In this document: positions 63,736-64,000 of the stretch, piece after piece
Layout of the letters: every line of letters starts with the position of its first letter
How positions within the stretch are numbered: position 1 is the first letter of the stretch
Assembly (NCBI GenBank): GCA_963701075.1
Contig: OY969559.1
Location: 32,001-96,000, forward strand
DNA length: 64,000 nt
Source: an uncultured Nitrososphaerota archaeon
Lineage (GTDB): Archaea > Thermoproteota > Nitrososphaeria > Nitrososphaerales > Nitrosopumilaceae
Reading direction: 5' to 3'
Notes under the pieces: generated by a model
The model's input: the letters and a program-made list of their open reading frames with translations, nothing else
Database searches by the model: none
Told to the model about the DNA's origin: nothing
Program-made: the position numbers and the translations under genes

Positions 63736-64000
63736 CTAAGATAGGTTAGCAAACTCTTTTTCGTGAATTTCTTGATTTGCCTGATCAACTTTGATTGCTT
63801 TTGTGGGGCAAACTTCTACGCATGCCATACACCAAATGCAGTTAGCTTCCTGTACAGGGCTTGCCTTATCAGTAAAGTCCTTTCTATCGTTTCTGCCTGT
63901 TTCTCCTGGATTTTTGTACCACTCAAATACTTTTACTGGACAACTCAATAGACATATTCCGTCAGCAACACAGGAATCCCAATCTACTGCGACATATGTC
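63736..64000 (-). CDS. Paralogous dicluster ferredoxin, 5'-truncated by the window edge
   Basis: [19 protein letters not shown] and [12 protein letters not shown]. Confidence 0.88.
   Translation of the reverse strand, partial: TYVAVDWDSCVADGICLLSCPVKVFEWYKNPGETGRNDRKDFTDKASPVQEANCIWCMACVEVCPTKAIKVDQANQEIHEKEFANLS

Overview
Chromosomal segment of an ammonia-oxidising archaeon (Nitrososphaerota/Thaumarchaeota; Nitrosotalea-like by my recollection of protein sequences, not verified). It is mostly core genes: pentose-phosphate enzymes, 5S rRNA, ABCE1, TBP, an 11-subunit complex I (nuoABCDHIJKMLN), the acetyl/propionyl-CoA carboxylase of the 3HP/4HB cycle, RFC, succinate dehydrogenase, argH, ilvE, glycosylation genes, Hel308-MCM-GINS, ferredoxins and seven tRNAs, two with non-canonical BHB introns. 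An accessory hotspot lies at about 35.8-43.8 kb. Its most striking feature is a 1,247-bp element encoding only TnpB (36022-37268). It is bounded by imperfect IS6-like terminal inverted repeats and a perfect 8-bp direct repeat (TAAAAGAC), which is DDE-transposon architecture rather than IS200/IS605 architecture. The reconstructed empty site reads TTTG followed by the predicted guide. Next to it is a ~4.8-kb tyrosine-integrase element inserted in tRNA-Lys (14-bp att repeat). Separately, all 11 frameshifts I found lie in or next to AGCT, which suggests methylation-induced long-read errors rather than pseudogenes.
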